In this document: one piece after another, positions 18,590 to 28,837 of the stretch | How positions within the stretch are numbered: position 1 is the first letter of the stretch | Layout of the letters: the number at the start of each line of letters is the position of its first letter | Assembly (NCBI GenBank): GCA_020721905.1 | Contig: DYLU01000002.1 | Location: forward strand, 11,314-75,313 | DNA length: 64,000 nucleotides | From: Leptospira biflexa | GTDB taxonomy: Bacteria; Spirochaetota; UBA4802; UB4802 | Direction of reading: 5' to 3' | Position numbers and translations under genes: made by a program | The notes under the pieces: model-generated | Database searches by the model: none | The model's input: only the letters and a program-made list of their open reading frames with translations | Told to the model about the DNA's origin: nothing

Positions 18590-18649
18590 GTATTTACCTT
18601 ACCCTTAAGCCCATTATTGTATATAAAAACATGCTTAAGGGTAAGGGTG
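18590..18649. repeat. near-perfect 15/16-bp inverted repeat (ACCTTACCCTTAAGC ... GCTTAAGGGTAAGGGT) with ~22-nt AT-rich loop
   Basis: Read directly in the ppdK-to-TPR intergenic region. No T-tract follows on either strand, so it is not a canonical terminator. Confidence 0.45.
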
Positions 18650-18739
18650 TAAATATTTTCATCATGTTTAAAAGCTACTTTATGCCCATTTATAGTAAAT
18701 AGTGTCATTAGATCAAGAGATCATTGCACAACCATACTT

Positions 18740-21454
18740 TTACCTGGGAAACCGTATTTCTGCTTGCGCTGCAGCCAGTCGGGCAATTGGTACTCTAAAT
18801 GGTGAACAGCTTACATAATCAAGCCCCACTATATGACAAAACTCCACTGAACTTGGTTCGCCACCATGCTCACCGCAAATACCAAGTTTGAGCCTGGGAT
18901 TTACGGATCGCCCTTTTTCAAAAGCCATCTTTATAAGCTGCCCAACTCCATCACGATCAAGAATTCTGAATGGATCATTTGGTAAAATTTTCTTATCAAC
19001 ATACTCTTTTAAAAATTTTCCTGCATCGTCACGGCTAAAACCAAATGTCATCTGTGTGAGGTCATTTGTACCAAATGAAAAGAACTCAGCAACCCCTGCT
19101 ATCTCATCAGCTGTTACTGCAGCTCGTGGGACTTCAATCATTGTGCCAACCATATAATCAACTTTCACTCCCATTTCTTTCATGACAATTTCAGCAGTTT
19201 TTACAATAATGTTTTTCTGTAGTATAAGTTCTTTAACATGACCCACCAGCGGAACCATAACCTCAGGCTTAACATCCACACCTTCCTTTACCAGCTGACA
19301 TGCTGCTTCAAATATTGCACGAGCCTGCATCTCTGTAATTTCAGGATAGGTAATGCCCAACCGGCAACCCCTGTGCCCTAACATGGGGTTAAATTCATGG
19401 AGTTCTTCAACCTTAGCTTTCACATCTTCAACTGTTATTCCTAATTCTTTTGCCATCTCTTTCTGTGATTCCAGATCATGTGGCAAAAATTCATGTAATG
19501 GCGGATCAAGTAGCCTGATAGTTACTCCCAATCCTTCCATTGCCTTGAATATTCCATAAAAATCCTCTCTCTGCATGGGTAGCAATTTATCCAGTGCTTT
19601 CTTCCTTCCTTCATAGGAATCAGCAAGTATCATTTCCCTGACTGCCTTTATTCTGTCACCTTCAAAGAACATATGCTCAGTACGACACAGTCCTATGCCT
19701 TCAGCTCCAAAATTTCGAGCAACCTTTGCATCATGGGGAGTATCTGCATTGGTCCTTACTTTAAGCTTTCTGATTTCATCAGCCCACTGCATAATGGTCC
19801 CAAATTTACCTGTTACTTCCGGTTCAACAGTTGCAACCTTTCCAAGCATTACCTCGCCTGTTGAACCATCTATGGAGATATAATCTCCTTCTTTTAATAC
19901 AACATCTTCAACTTTCATCACCCGCTTTGCGTAATCTATCTCCAGCACACCACAACCTGATACACAGCATTTGCCCATTCCCCTGGCAACCACAGCAGCA
20001 TGAGATGTCATACCACCACGGGCAGTAAGTATACCTTCAGCCGCGTTCATGCCCTTTAAATCCTCGGGAGAGGTTTCAATTCTAACCAAAATTACCTTCT
20101 CACCACGTTCTTTCCATTCATGGGCATCATCAGCATTGAAAACAATTTTCCCTGTTGCAGCACCCGGTGAAGCAGGAAGACCTTTTGCAATAACCTTGCG
20201 TTGTGCTTTGGGATCAAAAGTTGGATGGAGTAACTGGTCAAGTGATTGCGGATCCACTCTTAAAACAGCATCCTCTTTTGATATCAGGCCTTCTTCGACC
20301 ATATCAACAGCAATATTTATAGCAGCCCGTGCAGTTCGTTTACCATTTCGCGTCTGGAGCATCCACAACTTTTTGTTTTGTATGGTAAACTCTATATCCT
20401 GCATGTCGCGATAATGTTTTTCAAGAGTCATGTACACATCCACTAACTGCTTATATGCTTCAGGCATATACTCTTCCAGTGACGGATATTTTTGTTTACG
20501 TTCTTCCTCTGATACGCCATTTTCCCTGGCCCACCGGCGAGAACCTTCAAGTGTTATCTGTTGTGGTGTTCTTATTCCTGCAACCACATCCTCACCCTGA
20601 GCATTAATCAGGTATTCACCAAAAAATTCCCTTGCACCTGTGGCAGGATCCCTTGTGAAGGCAACACCCGTGGCACAGTCATTGCCCATATTGCCAAATA
20701 CCATTGCCTGAACATTTACTGCAGTGCCCCAGCTATCATCAATGTTATTCATTTTTCTGTACAGGATAGCACGCTCATTATTCCATGATCTGAAAACTGC
20801 TCCTATTGCTCCCCATAACTGCTCATAGGGATCATCAGGGAATGATACATTGAGCCTATCTTTTATAATTTTCTTAAATCGCGCTACCAGCTCTTTTAAA
20901 TCATCCACAGTAAGACCAAGGTCATTTTTAACTTTCCTTTTATCCTTAATTTCATCCATGATCACTTCAAATGGATCATGCTCATCCTTGCTTTCGGGCT
21001 TCAATCCCAATACAACGTCACCATACATCTGGATAAAGCGGCGGTATGAATCCCATGCAAACCGCTCATTCCCGGTTTTTCTTGCAAGGCCTTTTACCAC
21101 ATCCTCATTTATTCCTAAATTAAGAATGGTATCCATCATTCCCGGCATTGATGCCCGTGCACCCGACCTCACTGACACAAGTAAAGGATTGGAAGGGTCA
21201 CCAAACTTAGTGCCCATAATTTCTTCTACCTTATGTAATGCAGTAACTACTTCCTCTTTTAGCCCATCAGGCATTTTCTGATTGTTTGTATAATATTCAT
21301 TGCATACTTCTGTTGTAATTGTAAAGCCCGCAGAAACAGGAATGCCAATACGTGCCATTTCTGCTAAATTAGCACCTTTTCCACCTAAAAGGTTCTTCAT
21401 ATCAGCAGTTCCCTCCGTAACGTTACCACCAAACAGATACACACGCTTTGCCAT
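18740..21454 (-). CDS. ppdK: pyruvate, phosphate dikinase (904 aa)
   Basis: N-terminus [40 protein letters not shown]. Phospho-His domain and PEP-utilising C-terminal domain. Length typical of PPDK. Confidence 0.92.
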   Translation of the reverse strand: MAKRVYLFGGNVTEGTADMKNLLGGKGANLAEMARIGIPVSAGFTITTEVCNEYYTNNQKMPDGLKEEVVTALHKVEEIMGTKFGDPSNPLLVSVRSGARASMPGMMDTILNLGINEDVVKGLARKTGNERFAWDSYRRFIQMYGDVVLGLKPESKDEHDPFEVIMDEIKDKRKVKNDLGLTVDDLKELVARFKKIIKDRLNVSFPDDPYEQLWGAIGAVFRSWNNERAILYRKMNNIDDSWGTAVNVQAMVFGNMGNDCATGVAFTRDPATGAREFFGEYLINAQGEDVVAGIRTPQQITLEGSRRWARENGVSEEERKQKYPSLEEYMPEAYKQLVDVYMTLEKHYRDMQDIEFTIQNKKLWMLQTRNGKRTARAAINIAVDMVEEGLISKEDAVLRVDPQSLDQLLHPTFDPKAQRKVIAKGLPASPGAATGKIVFNADDAHEWKERGEKVILVRIETSPEDLKGMNAAEGILTARGGMTSHAAVVARGMGKCCVSGCGVLEIDYAKRVMKVEDVVLKEGDYISIDGSTGEVMLGKVATVEPEVTGKFGTIMQWADEIRKLKVRTNADTPHDAKVARNFGAEGIGLCRTEHMFFEGDRIKAVREMILADSYEGRKKALDKLLPMQREDFYGIFKAMEGLGVTIRLLDPPLHEFLPHDLESQKEMAKELGITVEDVKAKVEELHEFNPMLGHRGCRLGITYPEITEMQARAIFEAACQLVKEGVDVKPEVMVPLVGHVKELILQKNIIVKTAEIVMKEMGVKVDYMVGTMIEVPRAAVTADEIAGVAEFFSFGTNDLTQMTFGFSRDDAGKFLKEYVDKKILPNDPFRILDRDGVGQLIKMAFEKGRSVNPRLKLGICGEHGGEPSSVEFCHIVGLDYVSCSPFRVPIARLAAAQAEIRFPR

Positions 21455-21645
21455 TGTTATTCTCCCTTTTTTCTTAAATTTATTCTATCGTTACCATAAA
21501 AAATGATAACATATCTCATTTTCATCATACATACACAGCAGGCTATTTTTACCAGCATTACCTAACGGTTTAACATCCTTATATTACTGCATTTCTATTG
21601 TAAAGATTAATTTCTCATTATGATTATCATTTTAATAATTATATG

Positions 21646-22575
21646 CTATTGTTTTAGCAAATCATTTACAATTTTAACAAAACATGCATCTCTATCAATA
21701 CAATTTTCACAATTATCTGACTCAAAAATACTCATATTGCAATCTACTGTATTTGTTTCAACCATAATTTCTTTATACCGTATATACTGCACTTCATCAT
21801 CTGTTAACGCTTGCTCACCCTGTTTGTATAATTTTTGTACGATAGTTTTTTGTAATTCAATCTCCTTTTTGTCTACAACATGCTCAGCTGGAATGTTTGT
21901 CTTTTTCTTCTGCAAAGCCACAAACCCTCTTGTTTTATATCTGATAGCATGTTTACGGGTAATTATGAAATAGAGTATACCAGTGGCAAGCCCGCCCAGA
22001 TGTCCTATATGTGAGATGTTATCAAATCCACCTGAAAGCTCCAGAAACAGTTCCAGAGCACCATATATTATCACCAGTGTCCGTGCTTTTACTGGTATAA
22101 TAAAAAAAAGTAAAATTTCAACATCCGGGAATAATATGCCAAAGGCCAGAAGAAGCCCAAATACTGCTCCTGAGGCGCCAATAGTAGGTATATAATATCC
22201 CGTTTTACCTGACAATAAAGCTATGATAAAAATTGCCGTGCCTGCCCCAACACCACAGGTTAAATAGTATATAATGAATTTTTTACTCCCCCACAATCTT
22301 TCAACAGGCATACCAAAGATATAAAGAGCATACATATTAAATACAATGTGTGCAAAACCTGAAGTACTGTGTAGAAACATATACGAAAATAGCTGCCATA
22401 GATAAAATTTATCAACTACCAGATAAGGAATTAAGCCCAGGTAATATGTAACAATATCCAAAGGTAAAACATTATTAGCAACAGTATATGGGACAAGTGT
22501 ATTACTCAACAAAAGTTGAATGAGAAAAATTATACCATTTGCTATTATAAGGGTAACAGCCCAGTTCTTATACAT
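21646..22575 (-). CDS. rhomboid-family intramembrane serine protease with Cys-rich C-terminal tail
   Basis: GASGAVFGLL (catalytic Ser) and HLGGLATG (catalytic His) motifs. About 90-aa soluble C-terminal extension containing CNMSIFESDNCENCIDRDAC. Confidence 0.8.
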   Translation of the reverse strand: MYKNWAVTLIIANGIIFLIQLLLSNTLVPYTVANNVLPLDIVTYYLGLIPYLVVDKFYLWQLFSYMFLHSTSGFAHIVFNMYALYIFGMPVERLWGSKKFIIYYLTCGVGAGTAIFIIALLSGKTGYYIPTIGASGAVFGLLLAFGILFPDVEILLFFIIPVKARTLVIIYGALELFLELSGGFDNISHIGHLGGLATGILYFIITRKHAIRYKTRGFVALQKKKTNIPAEHVVDKKEIELQKTIVQKLYKQGEQALTDDEVQYIRYKEIMVETNTVDCNMSIFESDNCENCIDRDACFVKIVNDLLKQ

Positions 22576-22609
22576 AAACGAATCCTGCTATATCCATTAC
22601 ATAGTTTTA

Positions 22610-22927
22610 TTACTGATCCTCATATTGAGGACACATTCTTGAAACACCAGGCTCAAAATTTCTGCAAACTGCCGGCCGTGTATCATAAATGGTGCAGCTA
22701 TACAGCCCATCATCATTCATAATTAAAAAAGGACATCGTTGAATTGAATGCCCATTTCGTGATGATACAAGATGGTCCCCTGCCCATACACTGCTTTCAT
22801 TCTCAATTATATGTAAGATATCATCCCTTCCTTCAGTGTGCCAGCGTTTAAAATCTTCTTCAGTGGCATAGGCAATCATATCTACAAAACAACACGCCCC
22901 ACACCGTTTACACTCTTTCCCTGGCAT
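22610..22927 (-). CDS. YkgJ/UPF0153-family putative Zn/Fe-chelating protein (CxxCxxCC)
   Basis: N-terminal CKRCGACC motif plus downstream conserved Cys residues (CPFL, CTIYDTRPAVCR), typical of PF03692. Confidence 0.7.
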   Translation of the reverse strand: MPGKECKRCGACCFVDMIAYATEEDFKRWHTEGRDDILHIIENESSVWAGDHLVSSRNGHSIQRCPFLIMNDDGLYSCTIYDTRPAVCRNFEPGVSRMCPQYEDQ

Positions 22928-22950
22928 ACGTTATACTATTACAAAATTGA

Positions 22951-23580
22951 TTATGATAACCCTTTCAACGCAAACTGGAATATAAATTCAATTAAATCAT
23001 CTATGGTCATCCATTCTTCCGGAGAAAACCACAACCGTGTTCTAACAATCATTGAAGCAATAAGATTCAAAGTAATTTTCTCATCTACTTTTCTGAATAA
23101 TCCCTTTTCAATTCCACGCTTAAGTATAGTGTACCCTATACAATTATATTCATCACGCAGATCCAGAATAACTTTCCTCCTTTCAGGAGAAAGATTCCTG
23201 AGCTCTGTATCAAATAATAACTTTGAAGCTCTTTTTTCCCCCAAAGTAATTTTAACATGAGTTTCTATCAATAATCGTAATTGCTGCAGGGGATCTCCAT
23301 CTTCTTTTTCCAGATACCTGATAGGATTGACGATCTCTTCCATTTCCTCTTTTAAGATTGAGAACAGTATCTCTTCTTTACTTTCAAAAAAATTGTAAAT
23401 ATTGGCAGGCCTGAAACCACATTCATTTGCAATATCCTTCATACTGGTTTCAGCATACCCTTTTTCCCAAAAAAGTACCTGTGATTTTTGCATTATCAGT
23501 GTTCTCTGTTTACCATTTTCTTTTACTACAACATCAGGCATCGATATTATCTCCTTAAACTGATAATAAATTGCTTCCAC
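22951..23580 (-). CDS. TetR/AcrR-family transcriptional regulator
   Basis: N-terminal HTH (QRTLIMQKSQVLFWEKGYAETSMKDIANECGFRPANIYNFFESKEEIL). Confidence 0.8.
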   Translation of the reverse strand: MEAIYYQFKEIISMPDVVVKENGKQRTLIMQKSQVLFWEKGYAETSMKDIANECGFRPANIYNFFESKEEILFSILKEEMEEIVNPIRYLEKEDGDPLQQLRLLIETHVKITLGEKRASKLLFDTELRNLSPERRKVILDLRDEYNCIGYTILKRGIEKGLFRKVDEKITLNLIASMIVRTRLWFSPEEWMTIDDLIEFIFQFALKGLS

Positions 23581-23683
23581 TCTACTTTAATAGCAAAGCA
23601 TTACGAATGAAATCATTGCACCATATCACAATGCTATATTCTTTAAATTTACCACATTAAAATACCATTATCGTAAATACAAG

Positions 23684-23718
23684 AAAAAAAACCTCGTACC
23701 ATATATACGAGGTTTTTT
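23684..23718. terminator. bidirectional rho-independent terminator (A-run / CCTCGTA-loop-TACGAGG / T-run)
   Basis: Sequence aaaaaaaacctcgtaccatatatacgaggtttttt read directly. Terminates the minus-strand hydratase operon. Confidence 0.7.
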
Positions 23719-23751
23719 AAAAAAAACAGGAGGTTCCTTATAACTTTATTT

Positions 23752-24521
23752 TTATTCACCCTTAAATTCAGGTTTTCGCTTTTGTGCAAACGCCATCATG
23801 CCTTCCATACAATCTTTGGTAGGAAATAGTTTTGCCAGTTCTTCCCGTTCCATTTTTAAATGCATTTCAGGAGACATTGAAGGACTGGCTGACAATACCT
23901 TCAAGATTGCTTTGACAGATAGCGGTGGCCTTTGAGCTAATTCTTCTGCAAATTTCAATACTGCACCCATAAAATCCTGTTCTTCAAAAACTTTATTTAC
24001 CAGACCTATTGCAAGTGCTTCTTCTGCCTCAAGTTGTTTTCCAAAAAGCATTAATTCTAATGCCTTTGCTCTTCCAACCAACCGAGGCAAACGTAATGTA
24101 CCGCCATAACCTGGCATAATACCTAAATTTGTCTCAGTTAAACCTATTCGTGCACCCTTTTTCATGAGCCGTATATGACATGCCATTGCCAATTCACAAC
24201 CACCACCTAAGGCATGCCCATTTAATGCAGCTATAACTGGTTTAGGATAATCTTCTATTTTGTTCCATACATCCTGGCCACGTTTCAAAAAATCAACTGC
24301 ACTGAAATCCCCAAATCCCTGTGAAAGATCCGCACCGGCACAGAAAATCTTATCGCCCGAACCCGTTATAACCAGCACACGAATATTTTTATCAATTTCC
24401 AGTGTATCCAGATACTTTCGCATAGTTTCAAAAACATCATGGCTCAGCTGATTAGCTTTAGGTTTATTAATTGTTAAAACACCAATCATCCCTTTTTGTT
24501 CTAATAATACTGCATCTGACA
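23752..24521 (-). CDS. enoyl-CoA hydratase/isomerase (crotonase family)
   Basis: Crotonase fold motifs (ITGSGDKIFCAGADL, ALNGHALGGGCELAMACH). Start corrected to ATG 24521 (MSDAVLLEQ) with SD aggagg 7 nt upstream. The track ORF extends to 24561. Confidence 0.85.
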
Positions 24522-24532
24522 TATGACACCTC

Positions 24533-25696
24533 CTATCTCCCAATTGTTTTAAACGAACCATCTATAATTTCAGGTTCTGGTTTTAGAATGTCTAATTTAA
24601 AGCGCTGTGCCAGATAATTAAGGCAATCAGTTAATTGTTGTGGTTGGACTCCTGATGCCAGTGCAAATGGCCCAGCAAATGCATTCATCCCATATTTTAC
24701 ACCATCATCAATATCCTGAACACCAGCAGCAATACCTTCTTTATATACCTTTACTGCTTCATTAACCTGGACTGCCATAAGATGGAGCGGTGTTATTTCT
24801 TCAGTATCCGGCATCTCAGGAATAATAGCTTTACCATCCTTCCATTCATATATGCCTTTCCCGCTCTTCATCCCAAGATAGCCTTTTTCCAGGCATCCAA
24901 GCAAAAATTTTCCTGGTTTATACCGGGGCGATAGTGTCTGTGCATAATATTCCAGTGTATGGCAGAAAACATCCAGCCCAACAAAATCAGCTGTTTCAAA
25001 AGGAGCCATTTTAACACCCATTTTCTTCATTTTTCCATCTATTTGTGCGGGATGGATTTTTCCTTCATCTAAAATAGCACTAAGTAATGCCTGATTAGGT
25101 GCACTGATTCTGTTAACAATAAAACCCGGTCTATCTTTCAAAACTTTTACGGGGAATTTATCAATTTTCTTTGTTAATTCAAACAAAATATTAATCGTAT
25201 TCTCCGATGTCTTTGCGCCATAGATTAACTCAACCAGTTTCATCCTGGTTACAGGGTTGAAATAATGCATTCCAGCAAATCGCTCAGGATTTGTGACAGC
25301 GGTAGCTATTTCAGTAATGCTCATGGTAGAAGTGTTTGTTGCAAGTATTGCATCAGAAGCGCATGCGGATGAAGCTTTTGCAAATACATCCTTCTTCAAT
25401 TGCATATTTTCCGGTACAGCCTCAATGATTACATGAGCATCCGATACTCCTTTTTGTAAATCTGTTGTTATACTTATTTTTCCAAGAACTTCATCAACAG
25501 TTCCCTGCAATTTCCCTTTTGATGCAAGGAAATCTAAACTTTCCTTTACTTTTTTTATCGCATTATCAAGGAATTCCTGTTTAACATCTATCATAGTAAC
25601 CATGAACCCATTTTGAGCGCACACCTGTGCTATGCCATGACCCATTGCCCCCGAACCTATAACGGCAATTTTCTTTACATCATTAATATTTTTCAT
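24533..25696 (-). CDS. 3-hydroxyacyl-CoA dehydrogenase (NAD-binding, with C-terminal extension)
   Basis: Rossmann motif IAVIGSGAMGHGIA. 3HCDH N- and C-domains. Start corrected to ATG 25696 (MKNIND), with the SD ggaggt lying within track codons 2-3. Confidence 0.85.
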   Translation of the reverse strand: MKNINDVKKIAVIGSGAMGHGIAQVCAQNGFMVTMIDVKQEFLDNAIKKVKESLDFLASKGKLQGTVDEVLGKISITTDLQKGVSDAHVIIEAVPENMQLKKDVFAKASSACASDAILATNTSTMSITEIATAVTNPERFAGMHYFNPVTRMKLVELIYGAKTSENTINILFELTKKIDKFPVKVLKDRPGFIVNRISAPNQALLSAILDEGKIHPAQIDGKMKKMGVKMAPFETADFVGLDVFCHTLEYYAQTLSPRYKPGKFLLGCLEKGYLGMKSGKGIYEWKDGKAIIPEMPDTEEITPLHLMAVQVNEAVKVYKEGIAAGVQDIDDGVKYGMNAFAGPFALASGVQPQQLTDCLNYLAQRFKLDILKPEPEIIDGSFKTIGR

Positions 25697-25723
25697 AATT
25701 ACCTCCATTTATAAAAATAATAG

Positions 25724-26920
25724 CTATTTAAGCTCCTTACTTGACATTTCCAGTATGTTGCGAGCAATAATCAAATGCTGTATCTGTCCGGTACCTTCAA
25801 AAATATCCATAATCTTGCTATCCCTCATCCATTTTTCTGCTAAATAGTGAGTTGAATATCCCACCGGCCCAAGCAATTCACTGCATCGCTGGGTTATCAA
25901 GGTTGCATACCTGCCTGCTTTAGCTTTTGCCATTGATGCTTCTAAGTTATTAAACTGGTTATTATCAGCCATCCAGGCAGCACGCCAGGTTAAAAGTCTC
26001 ATAGCTTCAACATTAGCATCCATCAAATACCACTCACGCTCAACTGCAGAAACATTTGATAAATTCTTCTTATAATCAAAAGTATATCCTTTCTTTTCAT
26101 ATTGTTCCCGGGTAAATTCAACAGCTGCACGTGCAATACCTGTTGCCATTGAAGCAACCAATGGCCTGGTATTATCAAATGTTTTCATGACACCTTTGAA
26201 TCCCTCCGTGGACATTTTCACTTCAGGATCCCCCAATATGTTATTATAAGGAATTCTGCAATCGCTGAGCACAAAGGTACCAGTATCAGAACCCCTGATG
26301 CCTAATTTATGCTCTAAATGCTCCAGAGTAAAACCAGGAGTCCCTTTTTCCACAACAAATGATTTGATTCCAGATTTCCCGGCTTTTTTATCAACTGTCG
26401 CCCATACAACCACCACTTCACTTCTGTCTGCGCAGGTAACAAAAATCTTTTCTCCATTGAGTACCCAGTAATCGCCATCACGAGTAGCGGTTGTTGTAAT
26501 AGCTCCTGAATCAGAACCTGCGCCCGGTTCTGTAATTGCCATAGCAGCCCACTTATTACCAAAACGTTCCAGCTGTTCATCATTAGCAACTGCCAAAATG
26601 GCCGCGTTCCCTAAACCAGCATTTGGGAATGACAATAAAAGAGCTGCATCTCCCCAACACATTTCTTCAATGGTCACTACCATCCCCAGGTTTGCTCCGC
26701 GTTTTGGCTTCTTTACTTCACCCGAAGCAGAAGATTCACCCTCTTTCTTTTTCTTAGGGCGGGCCATTACCTTTATCCCTCTGAACATATCAAGTTCCTT
26801 AGGATATTCATGCTCGGCTTCATCATATTTCCTTGAGATTGGACGCAGAACACCTTCTGCCAGTTTATGCATGTTATCCTGTAATGTTTTTATATAATCC
26901 GGTGTTACTAATTGAATCAT
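25724..26920 (-). CDS. acyl-CoA dehydrogenase with Lys-rich insertion (398 aa)
   Basis: ACAD C-terminal motif DIFEGTGQIQHLIIARNI. Start corrected to ATG 26920 (MIQLVTPDY) with SD ggagga 5 nt upstream. The track extension to 27049 overlaps the upstream ACAD. Insert ARPKKKKEGESSASGEVKKPKRG lies near the N-terminal domain. Confidence 0.85.
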   Translation of the reverse strand: MIQLVTPDYIKTLQDNMHKLAEGVLRPISRKYDEAEHEYPKELDMFRGIKVMARPKKKKEGESSASGEVKKPKRGANLGMVVTIEEMCWGDAALLLSFPNAGLGNAAILAVANDEQLERFGNKWAAMAITEPGAGSDSGAITTTATRDGDYWVLNGEKIFVTCADRSEVVVVWATVDKKAGKSGIKSFVVEKGTPGFTLEHLEHKLGIRGSDTGTFVLSDCRIPYNNILGDPEVKMSTEGFKGVMKTFDNTRPLVASMATGIARAAVEFTREQYEKKGYTFDYKKNLSNVSAVEREWYLMDANVEAMRLLTWRAAWMADNNQFNNLEASMAKAKAGRYATLITQRCSELLGPVGYSTHYLAEKWMRDSKIMDIFEGTGQIQHLIIARNILEMSSKELK

Positions 26921-26939
26921 TGTTGTCCTCCTCACACTA

Positions 26940-28037
26940 TTAAATAATTGCCATGGCTTCACTAATTGCAATACTACGCCCATTACGATAATATCGCTCA
27001 ACAGGATGATCCCTGATATACCCATGGCCACCAAGAATCTGAACCCCATAATCAGTAAGTTTCATAGTCATTTCTCCAGCATAAATCTTTGCAAGGAATG
27101 ACTCACGTTTTGCATCCATGCCTAACTCAATAGCTGATGCAGCCTTCCATGTTAATAGCCTCATTGCATCAACTTCATAAGCCATTTCAGCTATCATAAA
27201 AGCTATGGATTGCCTGCTGGCTATGGGATCACCAAACTGCTGGCGTTCTTTTGCATATTTCCTTGCGTATTCATATGAAGCACGTGAAATGCCTGTTCCA
27301 ATAGCAGCCATTGCAGTTCTTGTTCTCTGGATTAGCCAATGAAATGCTGTTTCATCCCCTAATTTGTTTCTTTCATGAATTGTACAATTTTCAAACGTAA
27401 CTTCAAAAGTTGGCAGTGCCCACCAACCGCAATTTTTTTCTTTTTCTCCAACAGATAGTCCTTTTTCATCTTTATCTACTATAAACAGATGTGGATTGCC
27501 CTCATAATTTGCTATAACTATCATATGCAACGCTTCATCAGCAAGGGGAACAAAGCACTTTTTCCCATTTATAACATACGAGTTAGCCTTCTTTTCAGCT
27601 TTTGTTTCACAATTCCATACATCAAAACCCACACTAAGTTCGTTAATTGCCAGTGATGCCGGAACAAATGAATCACTGGAAAATTCCGGAAGATACTTTT
27701 CCTTTTGCTCTTTTGAGCCTAAATGAACCAGGGGGAGTACAAAGAGAGCAGGCAGCATTGCATAGACTGCAAAGCTCATATCTCCAAAAGCCAGTTCCTC
27801 AAGAACTAAAGAATGGAGAATTGGTGAACTCCCCATACCATATCCACCATATTCTTCAGGGATCATTGACTGAATTATACCTAGTTCCCAGAATTTTTGG
27901 ACTGCCTGTTTATCCAATTGCCTTTTTTCATCCCATTGGTGAATAGAATCTATCACTGTAGCCTGAACAAGCTGTCGGACAGTATCCTGCATCATCTGCT
28001 GTTCTTCAGATAATGCAAAACTTATTTCTTCTACCAT
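26940..28037 (-). CDS. acyl-CoA dehydrogenase family protein (365 aa, short)
   Basis: ACAD three-domain layout. C-terminus GGHGYIRDHPVERYYRNGRSIAISEAMAII has the canonical YEGT replaced by SEA. Adjacent to the second ACAD, so possibly a heteromeric partner. Confidence 0.8.
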   Translation of the reverse strand: MVEEISFALSEEQQMMQDTVRQLVQATVIDSIHQWDEKRQLDKQAVQKFWELGIIQSMIPEEYGGYGMGSSPILHSLVLEELAFGDMSFAVYAMLPALFVLPLVHLGSKEQKEKYLPEFSSDSFVPASLAINELSVGFDVWNCETKAEKKANSYVINGKKCFVPLADEALHMIVIANYEGNPHLFIVDKDEKGLSVGEKEKNCGWWALPTFEVTFENCTIHERNKLGDETAFHWLIQRTRTAMAAIGTGISRASYEYARKYAKERQQFGDPIASRQSIAFMIAEMAYEVDAMRLLTWKAASAIELGMDAKRESFLAKIYAGEMTMKLTDYGVQILGGHGYIRDHPVERYYRNGRSIAISEAMAII

Positions 28038-28053
28038 ATAATAACCTCCTTAA

Positions 28054-28091
28054 TAAAATAAGTACTGACATGTCAGTACTTATTTTATTAT
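28054..28091. promoter_or_regulatory. perfect 38-bp palindrome AATAAAATAAGTACTGACATGTCAGTACTTATTTTATT, candidate TetR operator of the beta-oxidation operon
   Basis: Read directly. Lies between the TetR stop (28105) and the ACAD SD/start (28044-28037). Shares the core TACTGACATGTCAGTA with the second site at 28838-28860. Confidence 0.6.
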
Positions 28092-28104
28092 TGAAATAAG
28101 TCAA

Positions 28105-28719
28105 CTATTTTTTATTAAAAATACCATGTGCAATAATGTTAGAGGCCTTATCAGATATTGCTTCTAAATCGCCAATTAGCATGTTGTCATCCATTGTTAT
28201 AGTCAAATAATAATGGGCTAACCGGAAGACTCCTCCAGCAATTAGATTGGCCATAAAATTTAGATCCATCTGTTTATCAATATTATTGAATTTCACTGCA
28301 ATATTAAGATCAGCAATAATCATATTAATTAATTTGTTTTCAAAATGCTGAATTTTTTGCTCAAAATGATCTGGCAAGCCTAAACCGGCACGTAAAATTA
28401 TATTTGCCCGGTCTCTATCTTCAAAGAAAAATCTGAATGCTTCATACAACCTTTTTTTAAGATACATATATGGAGAAATTGTTTCTAAATCTTCTTTAAC
28501 CGATAATTCATTGATATAGTTTTCCCATTCAATTAAAAATCTTTCCAGTAACGATATAAAAAGATGTTCCTTATTGGAAAAATATTGATAAACAGTTCCC
28601 CGACCAATTTTTGCCGATTCAATAATATCTGAAATTTGTGTTGCATAATAGCCCTTTCCCGAAAATAACCTTTTTGCATGAAGCAATATTTTATCTCTTG
28701 TATCATCTGCTCTGGTCAT
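28105..28719 (-). CDS. TetR/AcrR-family transcriptional regulator
   Basis: N-terminal HTH (RDKILLHAKRLFSGKGYYATQISDIIESAKIGRGTVYQYFSNKEHLF). Flanked on both sides by related palindromes. Confidence 0.8.
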   Translation of the reverse strand: MTRADDTRDKILLHAKRLFSGKGYYATQISDIIESAKIGRGTVYQYFSNKEHLFISLLERFLIEWENYINELSVKEDLETISPYMYLKKRLYEAFRFFFEDRDRANIILRAGLGLPDHFEQKIQHFENKLINMIIADLNIAVKFNNIDKQMDLNFMANLIAGGVFRLAHYYLTITMDDNMLIGDLEAISDKASNIIAHGIFNKK

Positions 28720-28837
28720 TATGCCTCCTTTGTTTTTTTCAACTCAATGACAATGAGTAGCAAAAAACAATTACATTCTTAAAAAGAAATTTAAAAAAAT
28801 TATTTTTTTTTAATAAATTATTCTTGACAAATCAAAA

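Noticed and set aside
19353-21506. Multiple 60-143-aa plus-strand ORFs
   Set aside because: All lie antisense inside the well-supported ppdK gene. Ser/Pro/Ala-rich shadow translations.
26921-27049. N-terminal 43-codon extension of the ACAD ORF (track start 27049)
   Set aside because: Extension overlaps the upstream ACAD in another frame. An internal ATG at 26920 has a strong SD. The extension is hydrophobic nonsense.
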